Shown in pieces: positions 11,819 to 24,800 of a stretch of 64,000 bases of DNA. The stretch's first letter is position 1, and every line of letters begins with the position of its first letter. This stretch comes from Flectonema sp. DT1601. Taxonomy: Eukaryota. Both the position numbers and the translations under genes were made by a program. The stretch covers positions 310,001 through 374,000 of the forward strand of contig OZ025783.1 in NCBI GenBank assembly GCA_964019425.1, read 5' to 3'. The notes under the pieces are model-generated. The model searched no databases, was not told where the DNA came from, and was given only the letters and a program-made list of their open reading frames with translations.

Positions 11819-12550
11819 CTATCGGGAACCACGACCTCTGGAACGGTTCGCGTTGTAAGGGGCAGCACGGTCCCATTCACGAAGTCCTCCGTAACACGAC
11901 TTAAATTCGTCAATTGTGTAAGCAGCACCATCAGCTGTGTCAATTCTACGTGGCGGACCACCAGTTCCACGTCCTCTTCCTACTGGGAGTGGACGTGGCT
12001 TTGGTGCTGCTGCTTCCCACTCTCTAGTACCTCCGTAGCACGCAACAAAACCCTCTTTTGGGTACGATTGTCCATCAGCTCGATCAATTCTCGTTTCTGC
12101 GACTGGTTCAGCCCTCGGTACTGAATTCCTCGGTGGTCCTTTCTTGCCTCCCTTTCCTGCAGCGCGTCCTCCCTTTTTACCCTTCGAACCCTTGCCACCT
12201 CCCTTTTTTCCTCCCTTTCTGCCTTTACTAGGCAAGTTCTCGTGGGGCTCTTCGCCAGCTAAAGGAGCAATCTTGTCGCGAACGAAGTCCTTCCACTCCC
12301 GTCTTTCTGCGTCAAGCTCATCCCTCGTTGGAACTTCGTTCTCAAGCACAACAGCTGGTCCAGAGACGTTAGCACCCTTAACACGTCCACCGTGTCCCTC
12401 AACGACTATGGTGTCAAAATAGCAAAGTTCACCTACCTTCAACCTGCATCCTGGGATCTCTGTATGGTGAATATACACAACATCTCCTCCATCACTCTGG
12501 GCAAACCCGTGGCCTCCTCTCCATGTCTTTACGGTTCCTTGCTGCGACAT
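11819..12550 (-). CDS. Cold-shock (OB-fold) domain RNA-binding protein with K/G-rich linker and two repeated C-terminal motifs
   Basis: QQGTVKTWRGGHGFAQSDGGDVVYIHHTEI...KGANVSGP matches the cold-shock domain RNP1/RNP2 pattern; KGGKKGG linker; two R-I-D-x-ADG-x-x-Y...F...CYGG-x-REW-x-x-AAP copies; RG-rich ends. Confidence 0.85.
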   Translation of the reverse strand: MSQQGTVKTWRGGHGFAQSDGGDVVYIHHTEIPGCRLKVGELCYFDTIVVEGHGGRVKGANVSGPAVVLENEVPTRDELDAERREWKDFVRDKIAPLAGEEPHENLPSKGRKGGKKGGGKGSKGKKGGRAAGKGGKKGPPRNSVPRAEPVAETRIDRADGQSYPKEGFVACYGGTREWEAAAPKPRPLPVGRGRGTGGPPRRIDTADGAAYTIDEFKSCYGGLREWDRAAPYNANRSRGRGSR

Positions 12551-12599
12551 ATAGTGTTTGGTTATTCTTTAGCATGTGATTATAAGATTGGCTATCGAG

Positions 12600-13900
12600 A
12601 AACTACAAAAGTTTTGATGTTTTTCGAATAGCAGACATGCAGATGTGCCACAGGCTCGTTATCAAAACAATCCAGCGCTGGGGGGTAATTAACCAGAGGT
12701 ATGGGTAATTGGGAAGTACTGGCTGGTCTTACTCTAGTATAGATGTAATTCTTTACGTTTCGCTGTGCCTCGACTATCCCCAGACCCTTCACAAAGTGAA
12801 AAAGGAATTGTTGCAACGTTAACTACTTCAGAACGACAACAATGCCCTCACTTTTCATCACTGGGAGTAACCGACTTGGCACTATTAGGGTTTCTTAGTA
12901 GGCGATTGGGAGTAATCCCATCTACTGATAACTGAGTACTCTCAGTAATTAGGTATTATTAGGAACAACAACTATTCCATTACTTGGCTGCATCAGTGTT
13001 TCAGATATTTTGAGGCGCTGGGTCGGGAAGTAAGTACCTCACGTGGTTGTTGTTAGCTGTAGGATCGATATTCTGTCCATCTCGTCGTTGTATTGATTAG
13101 AATCGGGTAGGGAGTTGATTGGTCCGAATCGGTGTAAGCTCATCATAGAGGAATGCTCTTCTGGGGTTCACTACTCCATGTCGGGATACTGCTTTGCTGT
13201 CATTCCTTAATTCAGAACTGGAAATAAGAGGAATCACAATAAGCGCAGCCGTTTCCAGACGCGTGCTTTGGAAGCTTCCGTTTTCGCACCCGCAGAGGGT
13301 CCGACAAGTAACTACAACAAACCAATAACGACTCAGATAGTTGACGGGGCGTAGTATCAGAACAGGATCATCATTTCTGTGTAGCGTTATTCGTCTAACC
13401 AGACTTCTGTGTTCGTAGTCGTGGTATCCATCACTCTGCTCAACAAGTGTTGTTAAGAGAACAGAAAAGAGTAGTTGAGGAAGGCTCTATGTCAGAACAC
13501 TTCATTAGATATCTCGACGACTAAACTAATGTAAATATTCAACTTATTCTTCTCTACTGTCGCTATATGAGTTGTCGAATCTTTATTCTGCTTTCATTGG
13601 AATTCTTCTTCGAGATCATCAGCAAACAAACGAAAGAAAAGAAGCGACTCGTCAAAAGATGACTCCCACTCAGAGAGTTTCGTAAGTTGGATCTCAAGGT
13701 ACGAAAGCTAAAAGTGTTATAAGTTATTCTTCAAAGGTGTGCTTTTCGAACGGAAGGAGGAGAAGCACCTCCTCTATCTTTCAAACGTAATACTTATCAA
13801 GTGGTGAGTGTAGGAAGAGCAATATGGCTGTCTGGAAGTTGTGTTTTCCAGCAGGCAACTTGTGCTCCCGTTGAAGCAATTTTCTAAATAACTACTAATG
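12600..13900 (-). pseudogene. Coding-like segment without a complete ORF (possible pseudogene or unresolved exons)
   Basis: Lacks the homopolymer tracts of typical intergenic DNA here. It contains a 130-codon ATG-less open frame at 13486-13097 that continues with scattered stops. Confidence 0.3.
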
Positions 13901-14085
13901 AGTAATGTGTAAATGCAGTTTTTTTTTTTTTTTTTGTCTTTTCTTTACAGTAAGAGAATCAACAGCTTCAAGGAAGACTCCCTTGAAGCCAATGCTCTTT
14001 TAATTATATTTTTTTCCCTTTTTTTTTTTCCCCCTCCCCTAACCCTCGTGTTGTATTTATTTAAACATTTTTAACAGAAAGACAA

Positions 14086-14116
<31 letters not shown>

Positions 14117-15396
14117 GATAAAAATAATTTTGCTCAACAAGAAGAAGAAAAAGAAAGAAGAAAAAAAAAGAGAAAAAAAAAAAAAAAACCAGTCGCACAA
14201 AAGCAAGTTTTTTTTCGCCGAAGCGAAGATGCCGGGAAGAAACCACATGCTAGTACAGTTCTTTTTGTTACCAGAAATACAGTGCAGTAATTCCTTCTTT
14301 TTATCATGAGTACCACAATTGTGTAAATGCTTTTTTTTTTTTTTTAAAGAGAACAGCACAAGACAAGAAAAATTCTTCCGCAATAGTAACTGCTTTCAGT
14401 ATTTTTTTTTTTTTTTTTTTTTTTTAAAAACGAAAAACGGTACCTGCTCAGGTATTCATTCCTTTTTTTTAAATGAAATAAACAATTTTTCGTAACATGC
14501 CTCCCTCGTTGGTTAGGTAATTGTTTTAATCTACTTTCTTGCAATCGGTTCGAGCAACCAACCAACTGGTTGAGTTTATGTATAATTTAGAATTCGAGTG
14601 AGTGACTAATTAGGACCTTTGAGGGAAATCGTTCCCTAAAAATACTGCAATGCTTACATCAATGATATAACAATCGGAATCATCAGCGAAAATTCTTTTT
14701 AATCCATGAAAAGGCAGCAGCAACAACAAAATAGAACTACTGCTTACGGTATAGCTAACTGACGAGGATCAACAAGAAAAAAGTCACATCTTTGTTGTTT
14801 GATAACTGTTTATTTTAATTAATAATAAGATAATTCAAGGAAAAAAAATTTCTCAGAATTTTTTTTTTTTTTTTTTTTTTTGGGGAAAGTTGCCCTTAAA
14901 GATTGGACTGTTGGATTAGAAAGGGGAAGGGAGATTAACTTAATAAAAACTATTCATAACTATCTCAAAACTAAAGAATGAAGATTTACGGGGGAATTTT
15001 TTTGTTTTTAATCACATGTCGTTTACTCCCACATAAAGAAAAAAAAAAATTTCGTGCAGACAATCACGAAGCAGCAGACCATAACAGATGAGTTTGTTTT
15101 TTTTTTTTTTTTTTTCTTTTTCAAATCAGTGGCAACTGGCAACCCCCAAAAAAAGAAGAAAAAAAAAGTTAGAAACTAATCGCTTCGTAATTAAGATGTC
15201 AGTGATAATTTATATATAAAATAAAAAAAAAATTTAAAATGTTTTGTTTTTTTTTATTACCGTTAAAGAGCAAGAAAGCAGGAAAAGCAATGCAAATAAA
15301 TAAGTCTGTTAATTTTTTTTTTTTTTTTTTGAAATGAAAGTATTATGATTTATCTAAAGAACTAAAAAGAATATGAAGCAAAAAATAAAAAAAAGG

Positions 15397-15503
15397 ATCG
15401 GCCAAACTTCACTTTTTACTTTTACTCACACCTTTATTTTTGTTTGTGTGCAACTTGGTACAAAATCCTAATTTCCTAAACAAAGGTTTGTAAGTACAAA
15501 AGA
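15397..15503. repeat. Dispersed intergenic element, copy 2 (downstream of giant ORF)
   Basis: Aligns to 5233-5376 in the same orientation, lacking an internal segment of about 35-40 nt. Confidence 0.8.
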
Positions 15504-15826
15504 ACAAATAATCATCAAGCCTAATCATCAAAACAGGCCACCGGTTGGAAAAAGGAGACCCCCGCAGAACAAGAAAAAAAAAAACATATGAAAATCTAGT
15601 TTAAAAAACGCACATTAATCCATTAAGGGATGCAAATAAATATCAGAAGAAAAAAAAAACAGCATACAGCTACAGTAAATAATGTATGTACAGAATACTA
15701 CTAAATAAAACTATTCAGATTTGGCAGACAGAACCCTGTCTCTCAAACGAAATAAATTATTGAAAAGATGAAAATATAAAAATAAAATAAAATAAAATAA
15801 AATGAATACAGTCGGTTAAACTATCT

Positions 15827-18800
15827 CTAATCTGCCAAAACGAGTTCGTCTTCACTTCCCTCGTAAACTGATCTGATGTCAGAAACTTTTCTGACTGGTG
15901 CTCCATACACAGGTGGAGGTGGCGGAGAGTCATCCAATATTCGAATTGTCTTCTCAATATCATTAAACAAAAATAATAAAGTATCTAATAACTTATTACT
16001 ATCAGAAGGGATGCTTTCAAGGATGAGTTCTTTTTGACTAATTGCAGTTGACAACGCAGATGTCGCGTCAATTATCAAATTTGAGAATTTCTCAACCTGC
16101 GATTCCAAAGATCGTATAGCATCAGGTAAGTCAGCGTCCAGAGAGAATCTCATTTCTATATCAGTCTGACATCTCGTATCTTTCATTGGAGTGTGTTTAC
16201 CTGAAACTTCACTCATAATGTTCTTCAACATACTTCCTATATCGATTGAAATGTCAGAAATACTATCCTCCGGGTCTAGTCCAGCAGCTATTCTTTGCAA
16301 ACGATGTTCTTTTCTACGCTGACGATGTTTTAACTCCGTAGCCATTCCTTCTAATTCCTTCGCAAGTCTTGCTGCGTCAATCTTTTTTGGTTCTGAACCA
16401 GCTTGAGAATGAATTATATCTGGTGTTCTAGATCCAGTAGATCCTTGATGACTCTTTTCTCTTCTAAGTTTTTCATTCTCATCCGTTAAGCGTCTTGCTA
16501 GCAAGTCTAAGTCTTCTAATTTCTGAAGTACATCTTCGTTGTTGAAGTCTGCAGTCATTAGTCTGTCAGAGAGGATTTTATTTTCTGCTTCCAGATCCTT
16601 CACACGGTCTTGAGCATTTTGAATGTGTCCAGATATGAGTAGCTCTGCTTGTTCGAATGCTGTCTCCAGGTCGCGAAGTTCCTTCTCTTTCTCAGAGTAA
16701 GCTTCCTTCAAGTCGTCGTACTTTAGCTGCCAGTCATTTGAAGTTTCCGAACCCTTTCCAGAAAGTTGTTGAACAAGTTGTGTTCTCTTCTCTCGGAGGG
16801 TTTCCAGTTGTGGATTACTCGGATCGGATATTGATAGACTTTGAACTTCTAATGTCGTAGCCTGCAACTCATCCCGTAGACGACTCTTCTTATCATCATC
16901 CTGTTTGATGGCAAATAGCTGCTGCACTATATCCCTTCGAGCCTCACGAAGACCTTCTAATTCATGTTCTAAATCATCGTCGTCCTTTGACTGTAAAGAT
17001 TGGATCTGTTGAGTTACGGACTGAAGTTGTTGTTGTAGTTCTTCTGAGGAAAGAATAGTTTCGTCTTTTGGGATCTGATTTTTGAGATCTCGTAATGTGT
17101 CTCTAAGATCCTTTTCTTTATTCTCCAGTTCTAATATCTTCGAATCCTTGAAATCTGAGATTGCTTTCAAATGAGGACTGCCGGGAGTTTTCAAAACATC
17201 GATTTCACTTTGAAGTTTAACTTCTCTATTCTTCAGATTTTCGATGTCAGCTTTGTACTCTAATAGAGTTGGTGATTGTTGTACTTTATCATCTAACATT
17301 ACATTTAATCTTTGTTTAGCCAAGTCTTCTACTTCCTTTGCAATTATGGCATTTGCTTCTGCGACTTCTAAGTTCTTAGCTGCGTCTCTGATACGATCGT
17401 GAGCATCTGCGACTCTTTGTGAATAGTCTGATTCAGCTAGTGGTTCCAATGATACAGGACTACATTTCCTTAAGGCTGCCGTTAGTCTCTCATTTTCTTG
17501 TTCCAGAATTTCAATTGCGGGATCTTCTTCACGTTCAGCAATCATAGTGTATTCAGAGAAAAACAGTTCAGGTTTTAATTTATCATCATCATCATCATCA
17601 TCATTTTCAATAACCCCCGAGAGTTTAGCCTTTGCTAGCCTCTCTAATTCACGTGCAATTACGGCATTCGCTTCAGCGATATCAAGGTTACGACTGGCAT
17701 CTCTTATTCTGTTGTACACATCAATCAACGACTGCTCATCTTTAAGGTCTTCATTAGGAAGGTCTGACTCACAAATCATTGTGTATTCACTGATCTTTAG
17801 TTCTATTGATTTGCGAGCCTCATCTTCTTTTCTAAAATCAAGAAGTTCGATATTTAACTTATCAATAGTTTCTTGTAGTTGGTTAACGTCTTTCGTTTCC
17901 TTCAGCAGACTCTCGTCCTGTATACTTTCATACTTTAGTATCGCAGTTGGCTCAGATGATTCTTTAAGAGATACACTTTGAGAAGGTTCATCCTCTTTCT
18001 TCAAGATATCAAGTTCATCCTCTTTCTTCAAGATATCAAGTTCATCCTCTTTCTTCAAGATATCAAGTTCATCCTCTTTCTTCAAGATATCAAGTTCATC
18101 CTCTTTCTTCAAGATATCAAGTTCATCCTCTTTCTTCAAGATATCAAGTTCATCCTCTTTCTTCAAGATATCAAGTTCATCCTCTTTCTTCAAGATATCA
18201 AGTTCATCCTCTTTCTTCAAGATATCAAGTTCATCCTCTTTCTTCAAGATATCAAGTTCATCCTCTTTCTTCAAGATATCAAGTTCATCCTCTTTCTTCA
18301 AAATATCAAGTTCATCCTCTTTCTTCAAGATATCAAGTTCATCCTCTTTCTTCAAGATATCAAGTTCATCCTCTTTCTTCAAAATATCAAGTTCATCCTC
18401 TTTCTTCAAGATATCAAGTTCACCCTCAACTTCATTATACTTGTCTTTCAGAGAATCGTGTTCTGCCCTCAGCTTACCGAAAGCTTTGGAAAGAGAGAGG
18501 AGCTCCTCGGCATCTTGCTTCTCATCAGAGGAACTGTTGGAAGAATCCGACTGGTGATCATCACCAACAGAAACAGGAGCAGCAGCAGCAGCAGCAGCAG
18601 GCGAGTCTTCAGACTTCTCTTCGCAAGGAAGTTCTGCGACCCGCAACTTCGCAAGCTCAACCATCTCACGAGCTATGAGTGCATCCGCCTCTGCTTCTCC
18701 CAACTCCTTCGATGCAGCTTCCATTCGGACATGAGCTTCCTTCACCTTCTGTGTCGCTTCAGCAGGAGAGAGAACAGGCAGGTGAGAAGTGTCCAACTTC

Positions 18801-21800
18801 GCCCTCAGCGCAGAGTTCTCACTCTTCAGGGCTTCCAACTCATCAACCACCTCCTCATCAGCACTTTCATCAATTTCAATGAAGTCACCCCGTCTGGTAT
18901 CTAAAGCAACCTCACCCTCTTGGAAGTCTGTGGCAGCTTCTTCTTCAACAATCATAGCGTCGACAGGAACAGTACTCTCGTCAGAGTTGCCCTTCAACTT
19001 CCTGAGTTCTGCTTCAAGATTCTCCTTCTCATCTTTCAGTGTATTGTGTTCTGCCCTCAGCTTACCGAAAGCTTTAGAAAGAGAGAGGAGCTCCTCGGCA
19101 TCTTGCTTCTCATCAGAGGAACTGTTGGAAGAATCCGACTGGTGATCATCGCCAACAGAAACAGGAGCAGCAGCGGGAGAGTCTTCTGGCTTCTCTTCGC
19201 AAGGAATTTCTGCTACCCGCAACTTCGCAAGCTCAACCATCTCACGAGCTATGAGGGCATCCGCCTCTGCTTCTCCCAACTCCTTCGATGCAGCTTCCAT
19301 TCGGACATGAGCTTCCTTCACTTTCTGTGTCGCTTCAGCAGGAGAGAGAACAGATTGATGAGACTTCTCATTCAACTTCTTCAGAGCAGCATTCTCAGAC
19401 TTCAGTTGAAGGAAGTCTTCCCCATCGGGCTTCTCTTCATCAACATTGTCCTTTAAAATTGCTACGGCTCGCAGTTCATTAGGTGACTTATCAACGAGTC
19501 TTAATCTATTTAGGTAGTCTTTCGATAAATTATTCACAACTTCAGATATTTCATCATTTGCTTCATCAGCAGCTAAATTACGACAAGCATTTCTAATACT
19601 GTCAGAGATTTCATGAAGTTCACAATTAGAATCAATTGGGTGATTGAGAGCAGCGGTTAAACGTTGTTGTGCCAACTTATCCAATTCTCTTGCTATCATC
19701 GCATTGGCTTCAGCAATATCTAAGTTACGACTTGCGTCTCTAATTCTGTCGTATACTTCTTGTGGTACTTCATAAGAGATGTTTTTATCATCCTCAGGAC
19801 TCAGAATTATTTCATCCGAAGAGACACGCAACGGAAGATTATCCTTTAGAATCTCCAGCTCAGCCTCGACATCATCGTATTTGTTCTTCAGAGCATCGTG
19901 TTCAGCTTGCAGTTGACCGAAAGCTTTAGAAAGAGAGAGGAGCTCCTCAGCATCGGCATCGGCATCAGATGAACTGCCATCGTGTTCAGACACTTCTGAC
20001 TTCGTAGTCGATGTGATGACTTCATTGTCTTCCTTGTTGTCATCATTTCTCTGATTCCTTGACGGTGAAGAGTCCTCCTCAATCAACACAGTCTCTGAAG
20101 GACTTGTCGAATTCGGTTCCAACTTCGCAACTCGCATCTTTGCAAGCTCTTCCATTTCACGTGCAATCACAGCATCAGCTTCAACAGCTTCCAACTCCTT
20201 CGAAGCAGCTTCAATTCGAGCGTGTGCTTCCTTCACTTTTCGAGCAGCATCTGTTGGCGACAAACTCGGTACGTCTGAAGAATCTTCCAACTTGCTCCTC
20301 AATTCAGCAACTTCAGCTTTGAGTGCCAAGAACTCTTCCTCATCAGGTGTTTCTTTATCAACATTATCCTTCAGGATATCAAGTTCACCCTCAACTTCAT
20401 TGTACTTGTCTTTCAGAGCATCGTGTTCTGCCCTCAGCTTACCGAAAGCCTTCGACATCGAAAGGAACTCCTCAAAATCTGGCTTCTCATCAGAGGAACT
20501 GTTGGAAGAATCCGACTGGTGATCATCACCAACAGAAACAGGAGCACCAGCAGCAGCAGGCGAGTCTTCAGACTTCTCTTCGCAAGGAAGTTCTGCGACC
20601 CGCAACTTCGCAAGCTCAACCATTTCACGAGCGATCAGGGCATCCGCCTCTGCTTCTCCCAACTCCTTCGATGCAGCTTCCATTCGGACATGAGCTTCCT
20701 TCACTTTTTGTGTCGCTTCAGCAGGAGAGAGAACAGGCAGGTGAGAAGTGTCCAACTTCGCCCTCAGCGCAGAGTTCTCACTCTTCAGGGCTTCCAACTC
20801 ATCAACCACCTCCTCATCACCACTTTCATCAATTTCAATGAAGTCACCCCGTCTGGTATCTAAAGCAACCTCACCCTCTTGGAAGTCTGTGGCAGCTTCT
20901 TCTTCAACAATCATAGCGTCGACAGGAACAGCATTCTCGTCAGAGTTGCCCTTCAACTTCCTGAGTTCTGCTTCAAGATTCTCCTTCTCATCTTTCAGGG
21001 TATTGTGTTCTGCCCTCAGCTTACCGAAAGCTTTGGAAAGAGAGAGGAGCTCCTCGGCATCTTGCTTCTCATCAGAGGAACTGTTGGAAGAATCCGACTG
21101 GTGATCATCACCAACAGAAACAGGAGCACCAGCAGCAGGCAAGTCTTCAGACTTCTCTTCGCAAGGAAGTTCTGCTACCCGCAACTTCGCAAGCTCAACC
21201 ATTTCACGAGCTATGAGGGCATCCGCCTCTGCTTCTCCCAACTCCTTCGATGCAGCTTCCATTCGGACATGAGCTTCCTTCACTTTCTGTGTCGCTTCAG
21301 CAGGAGAGAGAACAGATTGATGAGACTTCTCATTCAACTTCTTCAGAGCAGCATTCTCAGACTTCAGTTGAAGGAAGTCTTCCCCATCGGGCTTCTCTTC
21401 ATCAACATTGTCCTTTAGAATCTCCATCTCAGCCTCGACATCATCGTATTTGTTCTTCAGAGCATCGTGTTCAGCTCGCAGTTGACCGAAAGCTTTAGAA
21501 AGAGAGAGGAGCTCCTCAGCATCGGCATCGTCATCAGATGAACTGCCATCGTGTTTAGACACTTCTGACTTCGTAGCCGATGTGATGACTTCATTGTCTT
21601 CCTTGTTGTCATCATTTCTCTGATTCCTTGACGGTGAAGAGTCTTCCTCAATCAACACAGTCTCTGAAGGACTTGTCGAATTCGGTTCCAACTTCGCAAC
21701 TCGCATCTTTGCGAGCTCTTCCAATTCGCGAGCAATCACAGCATCAGCTTCAACAGCTTCCAACTCCTTCGAAGCAGCTTCAATTCGAGCGTGTGCTTCC

Positions 21801-24800
21801 TTCACTTTTCGAGCAGCTTCTGTTGGCGATAAAATTGGGGAAGATATTTCCTTATTATCAGATATCTTCATTCTTATTAAACCATGTGTTGCTTGAAGTT
21901 CTTGGTAATTCTTTTTTAAATCGTCGTTTTCAGCCTTTAGCTGATCAAGAGTAGTGTCAGGAGAATCACCAGAAGCAGGATCACTTTCACTTAACTGATG
22001 TACGGTAGTTAAACCTTCTCCACTTGACGGAGAGAATACATCCTCTGGTCTTGTACCTGTTGCTGTTTCTGATGATAAAGCAAGAGACTTATCGAGTCTT
22101 AATCTATTTAGGTAGTCTTTCGATAAATTATTCACACCTTCAGATATTTCATCATTTGCTTCATCAGCAGCTAAATTACGACAAGCATTTCTAATACTGT
22201 CAGAGATTTCATGAAGTTCACAATTAGAATCAATTGGGTGATTGAGAGCAGCGGTTAAACGTTGTTGTGCCAACTTATCCAATTCTCTTGCTATCATCGC
22301 ATTGGCTTCAGCAATATCTAAGTTACGACTTGCGTCTCTAATTCTGTCGTATACTTCTTGTGGTACTTCATAAGAGATGTTTTTATCATCCTCAGGACTC
22401 AGAATTATTTCATCCGAAGAGACACGCATTGGAAGTACTTTGGTGTCTGTGTCGACTTCGTTAAGCACTGGGACCTCTTCGACAACACCTACATCACTTA
22501 TACCTTTACTAGATGCAACGTTGTTTGAGAGTTCAGTAAAACTCCCCTCCAATGAAACTATTCTACTTTGTGGTGGAATAAGTAATAAGTTTAACTTCGC
22601 CCTCAGCGCAGAGTTCTCACTCTTCAGGGCTTCTAACTCATCAACCACCTCCTCATCAGCACTTTCATCAATTTCAATGAAGTCACCCCGTCTGGTATCT
22701 AAAGCAACCTCACCCTCTTGGAAGTCTGTGGCAGCTTCTTCTTCAACAATCATAGTGTCGACAGGAACAGTACTCTCGTCAGAGTTGCCCTTCAACTTCC
22801 TGAGTTCTGCTTCAAGACTCTCCTTCTCATCTTTCAGGGCATTGTGTTCTGCCCTCAGCTTACCGAAAGCTTTGGAAAGAGAGAGGAGCTCCTCGGCATC
22901 TTGCTTCTCATCAGAGGAACTGTTGGAAGAATCCGACTGGTGATCATCACCAACAGAAACAGGAGCAGCAGCGGGAGAGTCTTCTGGCTTCTCTTCGCAA
23001 GGAAGTTCTGCTACCCGCAACTTCGCAAGCTCAACCATCTCACGAGCTATGAGGGCATCCGCCTCTGCTTCTCCCAACTCCTTCGATGCAGCTTCCATTC
23101 GGACATGAGCTTCCTTCACTTTCTGTGTCGCTTCAGCAGGAGAGAGAACAGATTGATGAGACTTCTCATTCAACTTCTTCAGAGCAGCATTCTCAGACTT
23201 CAGTTGAAGGAAGTCTTCCCCATCGGGCTTCTCTTCATCAACATTGTCCTTTAGAATCTCCAGCTCAGCCTCGACATCATCGTATTTGTTCTTCAGAGCA
23301 TCGTGTTCAGCTCGCAGTTGACCGAAAGCTTTAGAAAGGGAGAGGAGCTCCTCGGCATCGGCATCGTCATCAGATGAACTGCCATCGTGTTCAGACACTT
23401 CTGACTTCGTAGTCGATGTGATGACTGCATTGTCTTCCTTGTTGTCATCATTTCTCTGATTCCTTGACGGTGAAGAGTCTTCCTCAATCAACACAGTCTC
23501 TGAAGGACTTGTCGAATTCGGTTCCAACTTCGCAACTCGCATCTTTGCAAGCTCTTCCATTTCACGTGCAATCACAGCATCAGCTTCAACAGCTTCCAAC
23601 TCCTTCGAAGCAGCTTCAATTCGAGCGTGTGCTTCCTTCACTTTTCGAGCAGCATCTGTTGGCGACAAACTCGGTACGTCTGAAGAATCTTCTAACTTGC
23701 TCCTCAATTCAGCAACTTCAGCTTTGAGTGCCAAGAACTCTTCCTCATCAGGTGTTTCTTTATCAACATTATCCTTCAGGATATCAAGTTCACCCTCAAC
23801 TTCATTGTACTTGTCTTTTAGAGAATCGTGTTCTGCCCTCAGCTTACCGAAAGCCTTCGACATCGAAAGGAACTCATCAACATCTGGCTTCTCATCAGAG
23901 GAACTGTTGGAAGAATCCGACTGGTGATCATCACCAACAGAAACAGGAGCACCAGCAGCAGGCGAGTCTTCAGACTTCTCTTCGCAAGGAAGTTCTGCTA
24001 CCCGCAACTTCGCAAGCTCAACCATTTCACGAGCGATCAGGGCATCCGCCTCTGCTTCTCCCAACTCCTTCGATGCAGCTTCCATTCGGACATGAGCTTC
24101 CTTCACTTTCTGTGTCGCTTCAGCAGGAGAGAGAACAGGCAGGTGAGAAGTGTCCAACCTCGCCCTCAGCGCAGAGTTCTCACTCTTCAGGGCTTCCAAC
24201 TCATCAACCACCTCCTCATCAGCACTTTCATCAATTTCAATGAAGTCACCCTGTCTGGTATCTAAAGCAACCTCACCCTCTTGGAAGTCTGTGGCAGCTT
24301 CTTCTTCAACAATCATAGTGTCGACAGGAACAGTGCTCTCGTTTGAGTTACCCTTATCTTGTTCATCGACAGAGACTTCCGGTATCTCATCAGATGTTGC
24401 AACTGTCTTATGATCAATAATTTGTAATTTACTGAGTTGTGACATTTCCTTAGCGATAACAGCATCAGACTCACTTGGGTCTAAGTACTCAACAGCAGCA
24501 TCTATTCTATTACCCGCATCGTAGACTTTCTTTGCTGCTCCAGCAGGTGTTACTGGAGGTGACGCATCACCAGATACATCAAATAAAGAATCCATTCTGA
24601 CATTCATTAATTCTTTCACTTCCTCAATCGCTACTTCATTAGCTTTATCTTCACCCAGTTCTTCTCTTGCGGAATCGATTCGAGCACCTGCTTTCTTAAT
24701 TCTCTCGGCTGCCTCGAGTGGAGTTAATTGTATTTCACGATTCGGAATAGAAGTGACATCTTCAGTCACTTGTAAGTCTGCGTTCTCCTTTTCTGAATTC

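Noticed and set aside
12600..13900. Stop-codon reassignment as the explanation for the interrupted frame
   Set aside because: Neighbouring genes end in TAA, TAG and TGA and contain no internal stops, so the standard code applies.
13965..13989. 9-bp hairpin GCTTCAAGG/CCTTGAAGC as an intrinsic terminator
   Set aside because: The context is eukaryotic and a single such hairpin can arise by chance in 64 kb.
17986..18422. 27-bp repeat as a CRISPR array
   Set aside because: Units are head-to-tail with no spacers, in frame within a eukaryotic ORF, and no cas genes are present.
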